Below are positions 58,730 to 64,000 of a stretch of DNA of 64,000 nt, piece by piece. The notes under the pieces were generated by a model, which saw only the letters and a program-made list of their open reading frames with translations, ran no database searches and was not told the DNA's origin. The position numbers and the translations under genes were made by a program. The DNA is from the human T2T-CHM13v2.0 reference genome, Homo sapiens. Position 1 is the first letter of the stretch, and each line of letters opens with the position of its first letter. The stretch is from NCBI RefSeq assembly GCF_009914755.1, contig NC_060927.1; one strand, 5' to 3'.

Positions 58730-59115
58730 ATAATTTTTTTTTCTCTCCGCGTTTTTTTCCATGCCTTTATACGCCATTGAACTTGGTCTTGGCTATGTGA
58801 TCTATTTTTTCAATCTAATTTAAAAGGATATATTGTCACAACTCCAAAGTCCCCATCTGAACAGACACTTTAGATGTTATTGTGTATCTTGACAGGTATC
58901 TTCTTGCTCTGCTCCCCAGTCATGAGAACTAGAAATTGTAGATAGTGACTATGCCTGTTACCTGTGTTTCAAAATGAGAAGATTTACAGAGCTAAGCCCA
59001 GCAAAGCCAGAGTAGACCATGTATTTATGTAACATGAGCAAGAAACAAATGTGTTTTGTCACAAAATACTGAGATATGGGATTGTTTGTTATCACAGTAA
59101 AAGCTGATTTATGTA
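58730..59115 (+). mobile_element. MLT1H/I-like MaLR LTR inside an L1ME remnant
   Basis: CTTGGCTATGTGA...CATGAGCAAGAAACAAATG...CTGAGATATGGGATTGTTTGTTATCACAG. Confidence 0.6.
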
Positions 59116-59129
59116 ATTTCAAACTCCAA

Positions 59130-59820
59130 GTTCAAAGAAAAATAAATACGAATAGCTAGTTAATAGAGGAAAATATGCTCAACTTCACTCACTTTACATA
59201 ATTCAAATTAAAATACCAATGAGATATATATATTTTGAAACACTAACCAATTAAGCTAGGGTTTATAACCAATGTTGACAAAACTCTAGAAGAATTAAGC
59301 ATTCACAAACATTTTTGTGGAAGTTTAAATTCGTTCAATCTTTTATTTTAAAAGTGTATACCATAAGAGCTAGCAATTCCATATTTGGGAATTCATCCAC
59401 CCATAATTTCAAACATATACACGAAGATATATGTGAAGTGCCACTCATTACATAGTTCGTTTAATAAATACAAAAGAAGAATAATGAAAAAGGAAGAGAA
59501 GAAGGAAAGTTAAAGGAATAGGAGAATGGTTAAATATATTAGGCATTAACTATACTATGGAAAAAGATATAGCATATAATATGCTGTTAATTTTTAAAAT
59601 CAAATTGCACAACAGTGTGACAATATAATCTCATTTATTTGTGAAACCTTGATACGTGCAAATAAATTATCTGAAAAGATGCTTAAGAAATTGTTTTAAA
59701 GTATTTACATTCAGGGAATGGTCTTATGACGCTGCTAGTGCCATTGTGAAGTAACTTCTACTTATTACCAATTGTTGTTCTAAATGAATATTTATATTAT
59801 GTATTATTTTCACAATTTAA
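59130..59820 (+). mobile_element. L1ME-like 3' remnant
   Basis: ATGCTCAACTTCACTC...TCAAATTAAAATACCAATGAGATA...CTAGCAATTCCATATTTGGGAAT. Confidence 0.55.
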
Positions 59821-61278
59821 AACCAAGTTTAAAGGTAAAATGAAATGAAATTAAAATGTGTTTAAAAATAAGTTTGAGCTGAGTTGATAAATTTGGATCT
59901 CACATCAGCAGGCTCACTATCCTGTACCCATGAGACTGCCGCCACCTGTGGCAGAAAGCATAAATTGAAGATGAAGGCATTAAAAGGTGAAAAAGCAACA
60001 GAAAAAAGGTTCTGTAGCTGAAAATAGGTAATTGCTATTAGAGCAAATCACCTGGAATCATGTGACAACTTTGGTGTTGTTCAAAATAAACATGGAGATT
60101 TGTTTGTGGATTCATATAGTATTAGAGAAACAGGTAAAGTAAATATTGTCTCCAAGATCCTGTTTCTCTAAGTTTCAAACACTGTGCGTAAAAGAAAGCA
60201 AATTGTAACTCACGACTGGCCTCATTTTCATGGATCTCACTTTTTTCTAGTTCAGAGAGTTTGCTTGTATTATTTATTTAAAATCAAATAAGACAGTGTC
60301 AGGAATTTCTTCTCTTTGCTTTTTAGGCTATGATTTTTGCATTCAAATGGCTTTCATTATTGTATAAAACTAGACAAAGTCAGTTAAGAAGAGACATTCA
60401 AACAGGTGTTTTCCTATAGGCATATAGAGTCTCCAGATTTTTCCCTTTCATCCCTCATGGCTAGATTCCCCAGGCCCTGCTGAGTCAGGTTCAGTTAGCT
60501 TAGAACATTTTCAATTCTGTGTACCCATCACTGATGGAATCATTGAGTAATGAATAAAGGGAACCAAAGGGAGTAGTTTCAGGCTTCAGTTTCTGTCACA
60601 GAGAAAAATTAATCACAAATTGTTAGATACAGGAACATCATTTATAAAACTGTGATTTAAAAGGGCACAATCAACTAATTGAAGCCAGAAAAGAAATGCC
60701 TAAATAATGTATAAAGTAGATATCTTGGCGGAAACTATATTTTAATCATTTTTAAATAGTTTTTTTTTCCTTCCGTGGCTTAACATATTCCCAAGAAGTA
60801 ATGACACAGAAAAAATAGGGATCCCTATAAAGCTGATGAGGAAAAATTAAGGCCAAAATCTCAAAAGTACCACAAAAACAGAAACTAACCAACCAAGCAC
60901 AGTGACAATCATGTGAAACTCGTGTTTATTATATAATTCATATTATAAATGTATGAAAGGAAATATGGCATAATAGATATTTAAACTGGGTACTAGTCTA
61001 AGTTATAGCAATCATATTTACACATAGAACCCAGACTGATTCATATGTATCTCCTCTCACAAATAAAGAGGAAAATGGAACCAAAATTTGAATAAAACTT
61101 TTGCTAGATTTAGGGCTGTGCTGCTGGGATGTTAATCTTTGACTCCAGGACTTCAACATGAGTACTCTGGGAACATAATATTATATGCCAAGAGTTATAC
61201 TAGCATTATAAATAAATAGCCCTGTAGCACTCACTCATAAGAAAACAATCTGATGTTTATGTTGACGTTCATACAAGT

Positions 61279-61853
61279 TATATTAGTTATCTATTAATGT
61301 GCAAAACAGTACCCTAGACATTAATACTAAAAACAACACACATTTATTCTCTCACCATTCCTACAGATCAGAAATCGGGGAATTGCCCTGTTGAGTCTTT
61401 TACTTCAAGGTTTCTTAAAAGACTGCAATGAATGTGCATGCCTGTGTTGCCAGGGCTGGGGAGTCATCTCAAGGCTTCACTGGGTACAAGTTTTCTTCCA
61501 TGCTAATTTAGGTGGTTGTTGGTAGTATTCAGTTTTTCAACAGATGTTGAATGGAGAATCTTTTTGCTAATAGCTATTGGCCAAAAGTGGCCCTCAGACA
61601 ATTATCACATGTGCTTCTCAAATATAGTAACTTGTTTTATCAAAGCCAGCAAGGGACAGTGTTACTAGCAAGGTAGAAGTCACCATCTTTGTAGCAATCA
61701 TGGAAGTAGTAACTCATCAACTTTGCTATATTATGTTGGTTGGAAGAAAGTCACTATATTCAGGCCCCTCTGAAGGAGAAGGAATTTCAAAATGGTTTGA
61801 AAACTAGGAGGTTGAGAATCACTATAGGCCATATTACAAGTCTGTCTGTCACA
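61279..61853 (-). mobile_element. MLT1F-like MaLR LTR
   Basis: TATTAGTTATCTATT...AAACAACACACATTTATT...GTGGTTGTTGGTAGTATTCAG...GTCTGTCTGTCACA. Confidence 0.75.
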
Positions 61854-62971
61854 GATTGTTTCAAACTAAAAGTGATTTTTCTTCTCTGAAGATATATGGC
61901 ACCCTGCCCGTACATTTCTGGATGCTTTTGACAAATTTGCTGAATAGAAAATCTAATGATGATGTTAGTTTTATTAGAAAAAAAATAATAAACATGAAAA
62001 AACAATTTTTTTCTGGTAAAACATAATTTGACTAATCTCATTTTTCTAATTTATTATAATCTCTCTGTTGTCACTAGTTGTGATTAAATGTCCATTAATA
62101 AAATAAAATCAGCAATGGCAAAGGATACTATAATACTTACTGAAGCAGCAAAACCATCCTCTCAATAGTTATAGCCGTTTAGAATTTTGTCAAAATAATA
62201 AAGCAAACAAAAATCGATTTGGCTTCCCAAATTGTATAGAATTTTATTAATCTCATGTTGCCTAATCTTAACAAGCAAGCTTAACTCTATGTCAAGACTG
62301 ACCAAAGGAAAAAGAAATTAGAAAATATTTATAACTAAGTGCAGTCTCCATTTTCAATGTTATCATCCACTCCATTCTGTTTCCTCTGCTCACTTTAATT
62401 ATTCAAAAATCACGACAACTTGAGTTATGAATTAAGAAGCGGAGGCTGACTGAAGTTTGCCCTTCAGAAACCTCATCTTCTTGGCATTCCCTCATCTATG
62501 ACAACAATAATTAGACACCCAGTTACAACTCTTCAAGACTTCACTGATTTTTATAATATTTTTAACTTCTCATGAAACTTATGAGACCTGAAATTGGAAA
62601 TGAAGAAGTAGCTAAGAATTTTCCTCCATTAGGATAATGGGACCCAAATAGTTCCCCTGGATGACCACCAAAGAGAACCACTTCATAAAACCAAGGTGAA
62701 TAACATAACATCACCACCCATGAGGCGGTAAGGAGATACAGAGTTTTGATTTCCTGAGTTATAGGTTGTCTAAGGAAGCACAACTAAGTAGATTCAGAGA
62801 AAAAAAGAAAGTCTTATTGACATATGAATTGACATATGAATATATTTTTTGAAACCAACTACAGATAGAAGGGCCATTTAAAATGTCATAATTGAATGGC
62901 AAAAAATTAAAGACAAAGGAGGGAAAGCATAAAATTAAATTTAAATGATAAAAATAAATCTAAATATTGTA

Positions 62972-63313
62972 CAGTCATCATCCCCTGGTATCCATGAGTG
63001 ATTTGTTTCAGGACCTCACTTGGATACCAGAATTTGTTGATGCTCAAGTCCCTGAAATAAAATGGCTTAGCATTTTCATATAACCTATGCACATCCTCCC
63101 AAGTATATACTTTAAAGTACCACTATATTACTAATAATTTCTAGTACAATGTAATTGCTATGTAAATAGTTGTTATGCTGTATTGCTTAGGGAAAAATTA
63201 CAGGAAGAAAAACTTTGTATGCATTCAGTAGAGACACAATTTATTTCCAGTATTTTCAATTCATGTTCAGTTAAATCCATGGATGAGAACCCATGGATAC
63301 AGAGGGCCAACTG
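62972..63313 (+). mobile_element. MER2B-like Tigger MITE
   Basis: CAGT...GGTATCC / GGATACAGAGGGCCAACTG termini with TA target duplication on both sides. Confidence 0.88.
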
Positions 63314-63331
63314 TATACAGTATACAAGAAC

Positions 63332-63717
63332 TGACTTAGTCCATTTTGTGTTGCTATAATAGAGTGCCACAACTGGGTAAAATTATTGTCAAAAAGAAAT
63401 GTATTTATCAAGTTTTGGACACCAGGAAGTCTAATATCAAGGTGTTAGCATCTGGCAATAGCCTTGTTGCTGTATCATCCCATGGTGGAAGGTAAGAGAA
63501 CAGGAGGGAAGAGGACCGAATTCATCCTTTTATGAAGAACCCATTTCCATGAAAACTCACCCACTCCCACTTAAAAAAAAAAATGGTGTTAACTCATTTA
63601 TAAGGGTGGAGCACTCATGACCAAATCACTTCTTAGAGGTCCCACTTATGAACACTGTTAATTTGGGGATTAACTCGCCAACACATAAACTGTAGCAGAC
63701 ACATTAAAAGTATAGCA
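63332..63717 (-). mobile_element. MSTC/MSTD-like MaLR LTR
   Basis: TGACTTAGTCCATTTTGTGTTGCTATAA...CTCATGACCAAATCACTTC...TATAGCA. Confidence 0.8.
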
Positions 63718-64000
63718 GAAACTGTACTTTTATATTTTTATATTGTGTATAACTTTTTTACTGTGAAAAGTCAAATATTTCTAATTAGATTTTTAAAATT
63801 CATACGCTTCTACCTTCAAATCAAAATCAAAAGTCAAATTGAAAATAATATATAAAAGTGTTGAGAAAATATATCTGTCAACCACTTAACAGTTAATGCT
63901 AGTATGGAAATATTCATGCCACATTATAATATTTATTACCTAAAAAGAATGAATATTACACAATTATTACAAATTATTGGTTACCAATTACATAATTGTT

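Noticed and set aside
62816-62840. Short tandem duplications (ATTGACATATGA x2; also near 37402, 50428 and 33210-33262)
   Set aside because: Ordinary slippage duplications with no further structure

Overview
AT-rich primate (probably human) non-coding DNA made mostly of interspersed repeats. I found no host protein-coding exon, RNA gene or CRISPR array. Every recognisable ORF in the track derives from decayed LINE-1, Alu or LTR sequence. Main contents: a near full-length L1PA4-like LINE-1 on the minus strand (43693-49821, TSD-flanked, ORF1/ORF2 broken); several older L1s (L1PB, L1MA5, L1MA2, L1MB/ME), three with large internal deletions; about 11 Alus; solo LTRs (MER11, MER4A, LTR8-like, THE1, MST, MLT); an ancient two-LTR HERV16/ERVL provirus remnant; and DNA-transposon fossils (MER2, MER5A, MER63). 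The most notable observation is that a 500-bp L1 3' fragment at 11.8 kb and the inverted full-length L1 31 kb away share several private non-consensus variants, suggesting ectopic gene conversion or local templated copying. A 24-bp perfect palindrome carrying two octamer motifs also replaces L1 sequence at 30.8 kb. I see no convincing evidence of a new biological system. Subfamily names come from recalled consensus sequences and need RepeatMasker/Dfam confirmation; boundaries of old elements are approximate.
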